Numbered from the whole stretch's first letter, positions 41,969 to 52,376 are shown. The stretch is DNA of 59,888 nt, filler included, from 7 parts of 7 records of this genome joined end to end with filler, not necessarily neighbours in it; one strand, 5' to 3'. Notes: generated by a model from the letters alone, not told the origin. Numbers and translations are program-made.

Positions 41969-42345
41969 CATCTGTTCACGGAGCTCTTCGAAATCTGCTA
42001 TTGCAGAATACTGCAGTGGCTGATCTTGTCAGCAACAGGATCTACCCACTGAGACTACCGCTTGATTGCCAAATGCCTGCGATATCCATCCACAAGGTAA
42101 GCAATCCAATTGATCACGTGAGCGGTTTTGCTACTCCAAGATATCAATTCTCCTGCTGGTCCGGGACATATGCCCAGGTGCAGCAATTGTCAGATGACGT
42201 CATCGAATGTCTAAACCGGTACAAAGGTGTGGCCGATGGAAATCCCATCAAGCAAATAGCGTACCTTGATTCACATGATGCCATAGAGGAAGGCTCTGGT
42301 ATTTTTCACATTCCAATAGATTTCAAGATAATACACATGAGGTAA
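41965..42345 (+). CDS. Tail terminator/completion protein (DUF3168-like)
   Basis: L..LL....V..LV..RIYP..LP....PAI, RYQFSCW..TY. Confidence 0.8.
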   Translation: MTSVHGALRNLLLQNTAVADLVSNRIYPLRLPLDCQMPAISIHKVSNPIDHVSGFATPRYQFSCWSGTYAQVQQLSDDVIECLNRYKGVADGNPIKQIAYLDSHDAIEEGSGIFHIPIDFKIIHMR

Positions 42346-42349
42346 TAAC

Positions 42350-43144
42350 ATGGCACAAACAACCGTACAGAATTCAAATGCCATCCGGTTTGGATCCGGA
42401 AAACTGGAGATTGGCACAACCATAGGATCGCTTGTCAATATCGGCGCCATTCGCAATGCAGTATTCAAGGAGGAATGGGAAGATGTGGAAGTCAAATCCG
42501 ATAATGCCGGTATAGTGAAGGTTGGCATCAAGGAACACGTCGCATACATCGAATGCGATATGATGGAAGTGAACCTGGAGAATCTGAACACCATAAGAGG
42601 TGACCTGGATGCATATGCAACGGTTGCAGGAACTCCTTTATCCGTGACCAACGAAGTGCACTCCCTTGAAGGCACTGACTTCACAAGGTTTGATTACAGA
42701 AATGGAGATAGGTCCGAAGTTTCCAGCATTGTTGTGACTGATGCATCTGATAATGCAGCTGTCCGAAACACCGACTACGTGATAGCAGTTGATAGTGAAG
42801 GCTACACCTGTATTGCAAGGATCTCTGATTCAACTGTCATCACAGACGGCGAAGGCATCAAAGTGGACTATTCCTATACTCCCAGCTCTGCTGCCACTCT
42901 TACAAGCGGTGGTAAGACCTCAATATCAGATCGTGTGGTTCGCATCACCAATACCAATGAGAACGATAAGAACTTCCGCATCACACTCTACAAGGCTACA
43001 GTCAACGAAGGCCAGAACATAGAGTTTCCTGCAGATGACGGAGATGATCCTGCAATGCCACACCTGAAGATGAAGGGTGTGTTGGATGTGAGCAGAACTG
43101 CAGGTGATCAGCTCTATGAAATATACGATGAGCAGGGGATCTGA
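42350..43144 (+). CDS. Major tail tube protein
   Basis: 264 aa, IRFGSGKL.IG start, ITLYKA near C-terminus, position before chaperones. Confidence 0.75.
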   Translation: MAQTTVQNSNAIRFGSGKLEIGTTIGSLVNIGAIRNAVFKEEWEDVEVKSDNAGIVKVGIKEHVAYIECDMMEVNLENLNTIRGDLDAYATVAGTPLSVTNEVHSLEGTDFTRFDYRNGDRSEVSSIVVTDASDNAAVRNTDYVIAVDSEGYTCIARISDSTVITDGEGIKVDYSYTPSSAATLTSGGKTSISDRVVRITNTNENDKNFRITLYKATVNEGQNIEFPADDGDDPAMPHLKMKGVLDVSRTAGDQLYEIYDEQGI

Positions 43145-43146
43145 TC

Positions 43147-43506
43147 ATGAGCTCTGATATCATGAAGGATTTCGACACCATTGCACCCGTAAAACGTGTT
43201 GCAAGGATCGGAGGAGAAGAAGTTGATGTTTCAGTGTTCTCAACACGTGCAACCCTGAAGCTCATTGATATGACCGACTCTCCGGAGAAGATACACGATC
43301 TTGAGAGCGGTAAGAACATTGAGAGTTTTGTTGAAGTGGTTGCAATTGCCTGCCAGCGCTCTAACCCGAAGATAACTGCAGACTGGCTCATGGACAATGT
43401 CGATATGTTCACTCTTGTTGAGTTCTCGAAGTTCGTCCTGGAACCTATCATCCAGAAACTGGAAGAGATCAAGCCCTCGGAGAATACAGAAAAAAACTGT
43501 CAGTGA
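43147..43506 (+). CDS. Tail assembly chaperone (gpG-like)
   Basis: 119 aa between tube and tape measure, ends EKN at a slippery site. Confidence 0.75.
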   Translation: MSSDIMKDFDTIAPVKRVARIGGEEVDVSVFSTRATLKLIDMTDSPEKIHDLESGKNIESFVEVVAIACQRSNPKITADWLMDNVDMFTLVEFSKFVLEPIIQKLEEIKPSENTEKNCQ

Positions 43507-43540
43507 CCATCGGGGACATCTTTGCCCTGATGGGAATCAT
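43491..43540 (+). promoter_or_regulatory. Putative -1 programmed ribosomal frameshift signal
   Basis: In-phase heptamer A AAA AAC (43491-43497) and hairpin CCATCGGGG/CCCTGATGG (43507-43533); -1 frame equals ORF 43503-43769. Confidence 0.7.
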
Positions 43541-43769
43541 GTACTCGTGGGCCACCCCGGACCATCTTCTGGACCATATGTCCACGGGCCAGGTCATGCT
43601 CTACTATGAAAAAGGAATCAGAGCCGTTGAGATGCAGGCGAAGATTTTCTGGGGCGTGCTTGGAGAGGCTTTGAGTGGACAGGAAAAGATGAATGAGGTA
43701 AAAATCGGTGACAGGCCTGACCTGAAACGATTCTACGATCTTTACGGTAGTAAGATAAAAAGAGGTTGA
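43503..43769 (+). CDS. Tail assembly chaperone extension (gpT-like), probably made as a G-T fusion
   Basis: In the -1 frame of the upstream chaperone; W.TPD.L..M...QV pattern; immediately precedes tape measure. Confidence 0.7.
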   Translation: MTIGDIFALMGIMYSWATPDHLLDHMSTGQVMLYYEKGIRAVEMQAKIFWGVLGEALSGQEKMNEVKIGDRPDLKRFYDLYGSKIKRG

Positions 43770-43770
43770 G

Positions 43771-45963
43771 ATGACATCAATCGGTGAACTCATTGTTTCG
43801 ATTATCGGAGATGTAAGTCACATCAAAAAGGCATTTAATGAAGTGAGTTCACAGGCCGGCCAGATGGGAAAGAAGTTCCAGGAAACTGGAAAGCAGATGA
43901 CCTCTGCCGGGAGAACTCTCTCCACATATGTTACTGCTCCTGTTCTGGGACTTGGTGCCGTGGCATTCCATACAGCTTCCTCTTTTGATGATTCCATGAG
44001 AAAGGTCAAAGCCATCTCCCAGGCCACCGGTGAAGAGTTCAAGCAGATGACTGATCTGGCCAGGGAACTTGGCCGAACAACACGTTTCTCTGCCAGTGAA
44101 GCTGCCGAAGGCATGCAGTATCTTGCAATGGCAGGTTTCTCCACCTCTGAGGTTATGGAATCAATCGACGATATGCTCAGCCTTGCAGCTGCCGGAGCCA
44201 TAGATCTTGGTACTGCTGCAGATATCGCATCAAACGTACTTACAGGTTTTAATCTGCAGGCAAGTGAAGCCGGTAGAGTGGCAGATGTCATGGCCAAAGC
44301 ATCTGCTTCATCTAACACCGATATTACTCAACTTGGACAGGCAATGTCCTATGTTGCACCCCTTGCAGCTGCCATGGGAATATCCATGGAGGAAACAGCT
44401 GCAATCATCGGAAAGATGTCAGATGCAGGTGTCCAGGGAAGCCGTGCTGGTACTGCTTTGCGAGGTGCTTTGACAAGGCTTGCAGATCCAACTACTGAAG
44501 CTGCCGGTGTGCTGAAAAAATATCAGCTAACTCTTGCAGACGTGGATCCCACCACACAGTCTTTTACAGATATCATTTCCAGACTTAGCAAAGTCGGTCT
44601 GTCCACTGCAGATGCAATGGCACTATTTGGTCAGGAGGCCGGACCTGGTATGGTTGCACTGTTATCTGTGGGTTCCACTGCCATTCATGAGCAAACAAAA
44701 TTACTCGAGAACTCCGCTGGTGCTGCAGCTAAAATGGCAGAGGAGATGGAAGGAGGGCCAGGGGGAGCTATACGTGAACTTAAGTCTGCACTTCAAGATG
44801 TGATGATAACTTTCGGAGATGTGGTTGCTGAAGGGCTTATGCCACTGGTCAGTGCCTTCATCGAGATCCTCAACGTTGTATCTGGTATTCCAAAACCAAT
44901 ACTCAAGGTAATTGTAGCAGTAGCTGCCATAGCTGCAGCCATTGGTCCGGTACTGATCGTAGCTGGTTCTGTAATCGGTGCCATCGGAACAATAACAACC
45001 TTCCTCAGCAGTGCAGGACTGGCTGGAGCTTTGACCAGTGTAGCTGCAATTATCACGGGTCCTGTGGGAATAGCGATTGCTGCTCTTGTAGTAGGTGCAA
45101 TTCTAATATGGAAGAGCTGGGACAAGGTATCTCCTGTTGTCATGAGAACACTGGAGAACATTCAAACAGCTGCTGAACCACTCATTTCTCTGCTGAATAA
45201 TTTTGTATCCAATGTCATGAACAAGATCAGTGGATGGTGGGTAGAAAACGGAGACACAATCACTTCCGTTGTAGCTGGTATTGTGTCCATCCTTGGAATA
45301 TTGGTTTCATACATTGCAGACTATGTTGTTGGTAGTATTATGATATGGTTACCTCTGGTCCTGAAGACATTTGAGTACGTGCTTGATCAGATACTCAATC
45401 ACATACTTTTCTTCTCACAGATCCTTACAGGTGACTGGGAAGGTGCCTTGCAGACATTGCAGACCATCTCCCAGAGCAGAATTCATTTCCTGTATTCAAT
45501 AATAGCGGATGCAATTGATCCAATTTTAAATATATTCTCATCTGCTGGCAACAGTTTCTATCGTTCAGGAAAAGGCCTGATACAGAACTTCATCAACGGA
45601 ATAAAGTCGATGGTGAGCCCTCTTACATCCACGGTCTCGGATGTATTTACAGGCATTTCCAGATATCTCCCTCACAGTCCTGCTGAGGTCGGTCCATTGT
45701 CTGAACTTCCAAACTGGGATGCATTCTTTGTATCCCCTCTCAAGAAGTCAGTTGGAAAGATGGATAACATGCTGGCTACTGGCCTCAACAATGCAGCTGG
45801 TACTTTTTCTACAAGCACGAATACCACCAATAATTCATATGCAGGTGACGAGTTCGTGATCCAGAATGTAAATCTCTCAGCTGATTATCCGTTCGAGAAG
45901 TTTGTCCGTGACCTGGAGAAATACAACCGGCAAAAGCGTGTGCAAAGAGGTCATGGCATATGA
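43771..45963 (+). CDS. Tail tape measure protein (TP901-like core)
   Basis: LGRTTRFSASEAAEGMQYLAMAG, G.QGS.AGT.LR, LFGQEA, RYLPHSPA..GPLS. Confidence 0.95.
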   Translation: MTSIGELIVSIIGDVSHIKKAFNEVSSQAGQMGKKFQETGKQMTSAGRTLSTYVTAPVLGLGAVAFHTASSFDDSMRKVKAISQATGEEFKQMTDLARELGRTTRFSASEAAEGMQYLAMAGFSTSEVMESIDDMLSLAAAGAIDLGTAADIASNVLTGFNLQASEAGRVADVMAKASASSNTDITQLGQAMSYVAPLAAAMGISMEETAAIIGKMSDAGVQGSRAGTALRGALTRLADPTTEAAGVLKKYQLTLADVDPTTQSFTDIISRLSKVGLSTADAMALFGQEAGPGMVALLSVGSTAIHEQTKLLENSAGAAAKMAEEMEGGPGGAIRELKSALQDVMITFGDVVAEGLMPLVSAFIEILNVVSGIPKPILKVIVAVAAIAAAIGPVLIVAGSVIGAIGTITTFLSSAGLAGALTSVAAIITGPVGIAIAALVVGAILIWKSWDKVSPVVMRTLENIQTAAEPLISLLNNFVSNVMNKISGWWVENGDTITSVVAGIVSILGILVSYIADYVVGSIMIWLPLVLKTFEYVLDQILNHILFFSQILTGDWEGALQTLQTISQSRIHFLYSIIADAIDPILNIFSSAGNSFYRSGKGLIQNFINGIKSMVSPLTSTVSDVFTGISRYLPHSPAEVGPLSELPNWDAFFVSPLKKSVGKMDNMLATGLNNAAGTFSTSTNTTNNSYAGDEFVIQNVNLSADYPFEKFVRDLEKYNRQKRVQRGHGI

Positions 45964-46292
45964 TCGTTACTTTTGACGGTTCACCGGTATCTGTGATCAA
46001 GTATATGGAAATCTCAGTGGATTCTCCTTTCAAGGAGACCACCCTGCTGTCCGGGAAAACATACATTCAGGCTTCTCCTGAGCAGAAGTTTGCCAGGACC
46101 TTTGAGTGCTACACTGAGGTCCTTTCCGAGATATCCACCCTGCTGAGTAAACTTGGTACTTCAGGTACACTGGTGATTGATTCTGATTCGTACACCAGCT
46201 GCTACATTGTTCCTCCGCTCAAGTATAAGGAACTGATCATGGGCAGTGGAAAGTATACCTACACAATCAGTTTTGCGAGGCATACGGCATAA
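45960..46292 (+). CDS. Putative distal tail (Dit-like) protein
   Basis: 110 aa, ATGA-coupled to tape measure; function from position. Confidence 0.5.
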   Translation: MIVTFDGSPVSVIKYMEISVDSPFKETTLLSGKTYIQASPEQKFARTFECYTEVLSEISTLLSKLGTSGTLVIDSDSYTSCYIVPPLKYKELIMGSGKYTYTISFARHTA

Positions 46293-47737
46293 TGGTAGAT
46301 TTGAACACATATCCTCTGGAATCCCTGAAGGTTTCAAAAACGATCAGGGATGCTTTCTGGCAACTGGAATCACATATCGTAGATGTATCTATCCCGGTCA
46401 ACTATTCAGATGTGCTCATTGAGCTGGAAGATTATTCTGGAAACAACAAAGCAGTGTTTTATGGAATTACTGCCCCCGATGAATCATATGATCTTAAACT
46501 GGTTGAAGAAGCGGTCGATATCTATGCCTATGACTTACGATGGTTCCTGTCTCGCCAGTTTGTACCTGATGCTCAACTGGTACTGGCAATCACAGACGAT
46601 ATCATCACTTACATCGAGGATCTGTTGGGTGGAAGCAACTGGGTTATTGTAACAGGCGTGGAACCTTACAAAATACGTTCTCCTGATCCTGCCATTACAA
46701 AAAAGGAATTCGTATTCAATCCAGATACTTCAAAACTGGATGCTATAGCAGAGATTGCAGAGTACTACAACTGTATTTTCGAGGTTAAATGGCGAAATGC
46801 AGGAACCGAACAATCGCCTAATTGGATTACCTGTGCTTATTTCATCAGGTCTGAAGAGATCGACGATGATACAGATGGTCTGGATTTGCCATCGCCTGCA
46901 GTGCTGGAGAAAACGGACAATGATATTCTTGAGCTCACGGTGGCCAACTCCTCCGATGACAAGTACAATAGGATCATAGCCAAAGGGAGTGATTCCTCCG
47001 GTAATTGGTATACAGGAATAGTGGAAAGTTCCAATGTAACAAATGGAACAGCAAAGCCCAGAGAGTACATGGAATATCCTTCTCCATACGTTGTCAGCCA
47101 GGGTACTGCAGATCAGCGTGCATCTGAGCTTTACGCCCTGTTCAATTTTCCTGTTAAGAGAATCTCTGCAACACTCACCAAAAGACATGACCTTGAACTG
47201 TATCAGCTTGTCAAGTTCGATGGCTGGACCGAATATGCGAATGCACTCTACACGGTGGGACAGACTGGGGTGAACTGGGTCAGGATAGTGGAAATATCCC
47301 ATGTAAAAACTGCCACATCCTCTGAAGTACGGATTGTGTGCGTTCCGGACAGGGACCTAAGTCACAGCCGGCTGAAAGGCTACTCGGTATCACCAAACAG
47401 CGTGGACATTACAGAATCTATAGTTATGGATGTACTGGCATCGCAAGCATTAGCGGAGATTGGTGTAGCTACTCTTCCAGAATCCGAGTCGTCGGCATCT
47501 GTTGCATTGAACAGGGGAGGTACGATCACTGCGAAGGTGCTTGGTTCTGATGAGAGCATTGTTCTTCCCATAAACAATGAGCGTGTTATTGTATCCGGAG
47601 GAGGAGGTGGTTTCAGTAACCCTGCTGAAGAGGACTTAGACATGAAAGAGTTCAAAGTGAAAAGTACAACAGAGGACCTGGTTTTTCAGGTACCTCAAGT
47701 TAAAAAGATAATATTCCAACGGGAGCCAACTGCATGA
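46292..47737 (+). CDS. Putative baseplate hub / tail-tip protein
   Basis: 481 aa; LDAI.EIAE, YNRIIAKG, A..RA.EL patterns typical of hub proteins; position. Confidence 0.55.
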   Translation: MVDLNTYPLESLKVSKTIRDAFWQLESHIVDVSIPVNYSDVLIELEDYSGNNKAVFYGITAPDESYDLKLVEEAVDIYAYDLRWFLSRQFVPDAQLVLAITDDIITYIEDLLGGSNWVIVTGVEPYKIRSPDPAITKKEFVFNPDTSKLDAIAEIAEYYNCIFEVKWRNAGTEQSPNWITCAYFIRSEEIDDDTDGLDLPSPAVLEKTDNDILELTVANSSDDKYNRIIAKGSDSSGNWYTGIVESSNVTNGTAKPREYMEYPSPYVVSQGTADQRASELYALFNFPVKRISATLTKRHDLELYQLVKFDGWTEYANALYTVGQTGVNWVRIVEISHVKTATSSEVRIVCVPDRDLSHSRLKGYSVSPNSVDITESIVMDVLASQALAEIGVATLPESESSASVALNRGGTITAKVLGSDESIVLPINNERVIVSGGGGGFSNPAEEDLDMKEFKVKSTTEDLVFQVPQVKKIIFQREPTA

Positions 47738-48390
47738 CAGTAGGCAAGATAACATCCTCCCAGCAAGACCTTGTCTATGTGAAAGTAAGACCTGAAAATG
47801 GAACTTTCCTGGAAACAAGGATAGGTGGATTAGAGGCGGTTTTAAGTATATCAGATTCTGCAGGCCAGGAATTCACAGCAGAGCATTACTTTGGCAGGAT
47901 CAAAATAGCTGTCAAGGATGCTGGAAACAAATCGCTGATAGCAAGGCTTTATGATTCTCACCTTAAGGAAAACAAACTGCATGAAACGATATTCAAGAAC
48001 GTGGGTCAGGACAAAGTGTTGCACTGGGCTTTTGATCCATTGCCTGCAGGCACGTATTACTGGGAAGTAGAGGCTTGGGCCGGAGTGAGTGGCTTTGAGC
48101 TTTACGTATTTTCAGGTTCCACACTCAGCACAGCATACATGGATGGTTCTTTGTTACCTGGAAAAGATTTCAAGAGCAAGGTGATGTATTGCGAGGATAT
48201 TGAAGTAGAGAGAGCTGTTGCAGTCGTAGGGGACAGTGTAGATTCAGATGTTGCAACTGTAAGTTCCGGGACATCATTTGGATCTGTCATGGTTGGTACA
48301 GTTGAGAAGAACATATCCAGGGAGCTTGATGATCTGGGAAACGGTGGTCAGATACTGACAGGGTCATGGTTCCTTGAGATGGATAATTAA
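47734..48390 (+). CDS. Hypothetical virion/tail protein
   Basis: ATGA-coupled 218-aa beta-rich ORF. Confidence 0.55.
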   Translation: MTVGKITSSQQDLVYVKVRPENGTFLETRIGGLEAVLSISDSAGQEFTAEHYFGRIKIAVKDAGNKSLIARLYDSHLKENKLHETIFKNVGQDKVLHWAFDPLPAGTYYWEVEAWAGVSGFELYVFSGSTLSTAYMDGSLLPGKDFKSKVMYCEDIEVERAVAVVGDSVDSDVATVSSGTSFGSVMVGTVEKNISRELDDLGNGGQILTGSWFLEMDN

Positions 48391-48408
48391 AAACAGGGGG
48401 AAACAGAT

Positions 48409-49323
48409 ATGGGATTTACAAGCGGTGGAAAAACATTACCGGATATCATAGATGAAATAGCAGCAGCCTTGATAGCAAGTTCTGCAAATTGGTCAGATGG
48501 TGACACTACATGGGACACTACAGAAACATCCAATGATACGGACACCAACAGGCGTTGCCTGAAATATACCGGGGATGCAGCTGACATCTGGCTTGCACTT
48601 GAGAGCATAAACGATGACAGTCACTATTACGGGGCCAGTGTAAGTGCTAAAGGCTTGAGAATCACGTTTTCCAGTTCATGGGATAGTGTAAACCACACCT
48701 ACGGAACAACTAATAGCCAGACATTTATTGGATTTCAGGGAGATGATTCATCCCCTCAGGCAGATTTGAATTCCATGATACTGACCTACTATTTATGGGT
48801 AGATTCATCCGGCTTTGCACTGATGGCAAAACCCGAGCCAATTTCTGTGGATGACAGGCAATCTTCGTTCATTACAGTAGTAGAACATATGGGTACAAAG
48901 GAATACAGCGATGGATTAACCAATTTCTATTGTTTTACACAGAGAAATGTAGGTGTTTCGTGGACAGATTCCAACGATCATGATTACTTTGAGTTCATGC
49001 CAATGATAAGGCCTTTCGCATACGAAACCCGTACCATTGGCAAGGGGATACAGTTCTGGTACCATGATTATAACAATCGCTACGCTCTCAAAAGTACCGG
49101 AAATGGGAAGGTGTATTTTGTAAAACCAGTCATCTGTAACTCAATTGACAATTTCACTCCGATATACCAGAGCGAGCTGTTCTTTAAGTTCTCAGAAGAT
49201 GCAGGACTTGTTGATGGGGATGTGATAGCAATCGATGGGGAAACCACGAAATATATCTGCAAGACCCTTGATTCACCGGACAGCACAGCCAGGTTGAACT
49301 TTGCTATAAAGTACGTGGCATAA
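48409..49323 (+). CDS. Hypothetical virion/tail protein
   Basis: 304-aa ORF in the tail operon, purine-rich SD. Confidence 0.55.
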   Translation: MGFTSGGKTLPDIIDEIAAALIASSANWSDGDTTWDTTETSNDTDTNRRCLKYTGDAADIWLALESINDDSHYYGASVSAKGLRITFSSSWDSVNHTYGTTNSQTFIGFQGDDSSPQADLNSMILTYYLWVDSSGFALMAKPEPISVDDRQSSFITVVEHMGTKEYSDGLTNFYCFTQRNVGVSWTDSNDHDYFEFMPMIRPFAYETRTIGKGIQFWYHDYNNRYALKSTGNGKVYFVKPVICNSIDNFTPIYQSELFFKFSEDAGLVDGDVIAIDGETTKYICKTLDSPDSTARLNFAIKYVA

Positions 49324-49340
49324 TAGTAGGAAGATGGTCG

Positions 49341-51194
49341 ATGGCATTTGATCCGGTAGTATTTGGAACGTATGTGGTAGGCACAGGGTTCACAGATGGC
49401 AGTTCAATATCAGAGGGAGGGTTCAGGTTATTCATAGTTCCTTCTGAGAATATAGGTGATGCACCTCTAGATGTGACAGTAACATACGTGGACCAGTTCG
49501 GAAACCCTGCAGAACAGACAACAGTAAGTACATCAGTTGAAGCTAACACCACTGCAGGCACGCATATGCAGGTATCCCTGAACACGGGAGATACAGGTAT
49601 AAGGGACGTTACAGCTGTAAACGTCGCTGGTGGGACCACTGGAGATACCTTCACACTGGAAAGCTGGCATGAAGGAATTGGCAAGACGGTAACATCGCTT
49701 GAAAGTGGGCAAAGGGAAAGTAACCAGCAAATACTGGATATTCGGGATGTACATCCAAACAGAATAAAGGAGCAGGGTGACCCATTCATAATAGATTGCA
49801 TTCATGAGAACGTGGTATATGATCCAATAACAAAGAGCTTCATATTACCAATTGAGGAAATAGAACCTAACTATTCTACCGAAATTGACATCAGTGATGG
49901 TCTGATGCCTGCAAATATAATCCTGGATGGCACTAACAAGTATTTCAGGGTGGACCTGCCTGCAGAAACGAGCTTTGTAAATGTTGACAGTGAATATACC
50001 AACCAGGAATTTGAATATGATACAAATGCATTCTACAAGATCACTTTTGATTATGATGTAAAATTGAATAGCAGCTATTTCATAGTGGAACTGCTGGATG
50101 ATCAAGATAACATCAAATGGAGCAAGAATGCTACGACTGCGTCCACAGGACAAATTGTCAATATGGTATCAACCAATTTCAGATTCAGGGTACGTTGTAA
50201 AGCAGATTATGATTCTCCTTTAATTTACTCTGATTATTGCCAAATAAGCAATATCAAGCTGGAACGATACAAGGATACAGGAATAGTCCAACAGAGCTGG
50301 CATAAATATTTTGACAGCATGGTATCGCTGGAAACTGTAAACGTTGATTGGACATCCGGTACAGCAGGAACTGCAGTAAAGGCACAGCTGAACATCTCGG
50401 ACGATAACTCAAGCTGGACCGGCTGGAATGGACCAGCTGGAACATCCGCTTCCTACTACACAGGTAACTGGCAGATAATAGACAAAGACGGAAAGATTGG
50501 AAAATACTGGAAAGCCAAGATATGGCTGGAGTCGGATGGAAGGTACACACCGACCTTCAACTACATGGAATACTACATGTACATTAGAATGAAAGCCATC
50601 GAAAAGGAATTCCTGGACACTGACCCTGCAACTGCGGGTGTTCCAGTGGCTTTTCATCCCATTTATAGCCCTCTTCAGGGTCAGAAGACTGGTTCTCAGG
50701 CATTACCGATTTCAGGTCGAGATTTTGTGAATCGGCTGATCGACATAATTGCAACGCTGGAACCTACGGATAACCAGCAACTACCCACATCAGGTCGTAT
50801 ACTAACAGAGCGAGAGATTATTCTGTTCAGATCCTGGGCAGAATCAGTGGTAGGCGTGGTTATGTCCGGATATGCAAAAGACCAGGAAGATGCTGTTATT
50901 CAGAATGCAGTTAAGGTGATATTGGAGAGCACATACACTTTCGGTAAAGATACAATGGGATCCGTTAATCCAGAGACAGGTTTCTTCCAGATATTTGTCA
51001 AAGATGCGAAATACGATAAGAGGCACCTAATAGTTGAAGTCTCTGGAAGAAGTGTTAATATATCCCTGGCAGAGTATGGGGATCCTGCAATACTGGACGC
51101 TACTTCTGGCCAGATCCCTAATCAGGATCTTCATTTCTGGAAATCCAGTATTTGCAGGTCAGTTGCTCATGTTGATTCACTCGTCACTTATTGA
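49341..51194 (+). CDS. Putative tail fibre / receptor-binding protein
   Basis: 617 aa, beta-rich, S.DN.SW.GW and Y.K.KI.L.S...TP motifs; last gene of the tail operon. Confidence 0.5.
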   Translation: MAFDPVVFGTYVVGTGFTDGSSISEGGFRLFIVPSENIGDAPLDVTVTYVDQFGNPAEQTTVSTSVEANTTAGTHMQVSLNTGDTGIRDVTAVNVAGGTTGDTFTLESWHEGIGKTVTSLESGQRESNQQILDIRDVHPNRIKEQGDPFIIDCIHENVVYDPITKSFILPIEEIEPNYSTEIDISDGLMPANIILDGTNKYFRVDLPAETSFVNVDSEYTNQEFEYDTNAFYKITFDYDVKLNSSYFIVELLDDQDNIKWSKNATTASTGQIVNMVSTNFRFRVRCKADYDSPLIYSDYCQISNIKLERYKDTGIVQQSWHKYFDSMVSLETVNVDWTSGTAGTAVKAQLNISDDNSSWTGWNGPAGTSASYYTGNWQIIDKDGKIGKYWKAKIWLESDGRYTPTFNYMEYYMYIRMKAIEKEFLDTDPATAGVPVAFHPIYSPLQGQKTGSQALPISGRDFVNRLIDIIATLEPTDNQQLPTSGRILTEREIILFRSWAESVVGVVMSGYAKDQEDAVIQNAVKVILESTYTFGKDTMGSVNPETGFFQIFVKDAKYDKRHLIVEVSGRSVNISLAEYGDPAILDATSGQIPNQDLHFWKSSICRSVAHVDSLVTY

Positions 51195-52376
51195 GGTGGC
51201 GTTGCTATCAGACAAAACCTCCTTTAATTTCCCTAAGTATCCCTGCAACTCTTGGACATCCTTTGGATCTTTTGCTCCAATTTCAAGAAGCAGTTGCATA
51301 CCCAGCTGTTGCATGTCATCGACATTAGTTGCTGCAGATGCATTAAGAGCCATTCCACAACTACTGCAGAAATCTGCGGCTGGTCCGTTCATGATTTTGC
51401 AACGGGGACATTTAATTGGGCTTAGTTGTGGTTTTGTATCTTCTTCTTTTGCTAAGCCATGCATTTTCAACAGCGCGTTGTCCACTTGTTTTCCAGACAT
51501 GTGGATATATACGGATGGCATGTTAGATCCATGAACCCAGCCCAAGTGTTCTTCCATCTGCGCCTGTGTCAGGTACTGTGCAAGTTCCGTGCTTCTGCTG
51601 TGCCTGAAAAGGTGATTATGCACTCTTTTTTTGATTCCTGCCTCTTTTGCGAGTTTTCGAACAAGATATCTAAAGGCTTGATATTGGAGCTGATTTCCAT
51701 TATTTGTGGTTCCGTGGCCTATCCACAAATATGCATCTGGGTTGCTCCTATGAGGATGGAGGTCTAACCATGCAGATAGATATGGAACACTTGAGATTAG
51801 CCGAACTCTTCTCATTCCAGTCTTCCCATTAACTGTGACAACTGCACCGTACTGATCATGTACCACATGTTTGATTTTCATGTTCCCCATTTCTGAGATC
51901 CTGCACCCTGAATCATATAGCACAGCAACGATTGCTCTGTCTCGTGGATTGCCAGCTTCATTTATCATCATTTTAATTTCTTCTTCTGTGAGCAGTTCCT
52001 CTGGGATTTTTGTTTGATTCTTTTTGATCCGAACTGAAATCCAGTCCACTGTCTCGGGTTTATCAAGCCACCTGTATAGTCTGCGTATCGCGGACTTGTA
52101 ATCGAGTTTTGACCAGTGACTAAGGTCGGAGCGCTCAATCTTTGCTATCACTTTTTTGATATCAGCTTCTGTGGCAGCATTTATATCCTTACCCAGCCAT
52201 TTCGCAAACATATTATAATGGCTTAAGTATTTGATCACGCGTGCCTTTGAAATTCCGTCCAGAAAGAGTTGACTTTCATATTCGAAGATTGTATCTTTGC
52301 TGCTCTGGCTGTATTCAGCTTCTTGGATACGGCGCTCTGCAGAATCCAAATATTTGTCAAAATCATATATTCCCAT
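51177..52376 (-). CDS. Tyrosine integrase with C-terminal zinc ribbon
   Basis: DSGCRISE (R), GKTG.R (K), HLFRHS, LGW, SVYIH (Y), CPRC...CSSC; AGGTG SD before ATG 52376. Confidence 0.93.
   Translation of the reverse strand: MGIYDFDKYLDSAERRIQEAEYSQSSKDTIFEYESQLFLDGISKARVIKYLSHYNMFAKWLGKDINAATEADIKKVIAKIERSDLSHWSKLDYKSAIRRLYRWLDKPETVDWISVRIKKNQTKIPEELLTEEEIKMMINEAGNPRDRAIVAVLYDSGCRISEMGNMKIKHVVHDQYGAVVTVNGKTGMRRVRLISSVPYLSAWLDLHPHRSNPDAYLWIGHGTTNNGNQLQYQAFRYLVRKLAKEAGIKKRVHNHLFRHSRSTELAQYLTQAQMEEHLGWVHGSNMPSVYIHMSGKQVDNALLKMHGLAKEEDTKPQLSPIKCPRCKIMNGPAADFCSSCGMALNASAATNVDDMQQLGMQLLLEIGAKDPKDVQELQGYLGKLKEVLSDSNATSISDE

Noticed and set aside
46292-51194. Diversity-generating retroelement or invertible tail-fibre system
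   Set aside because: No reverse transcriptase, invertase, template/variable repeat pair or inverted gene copies seen.
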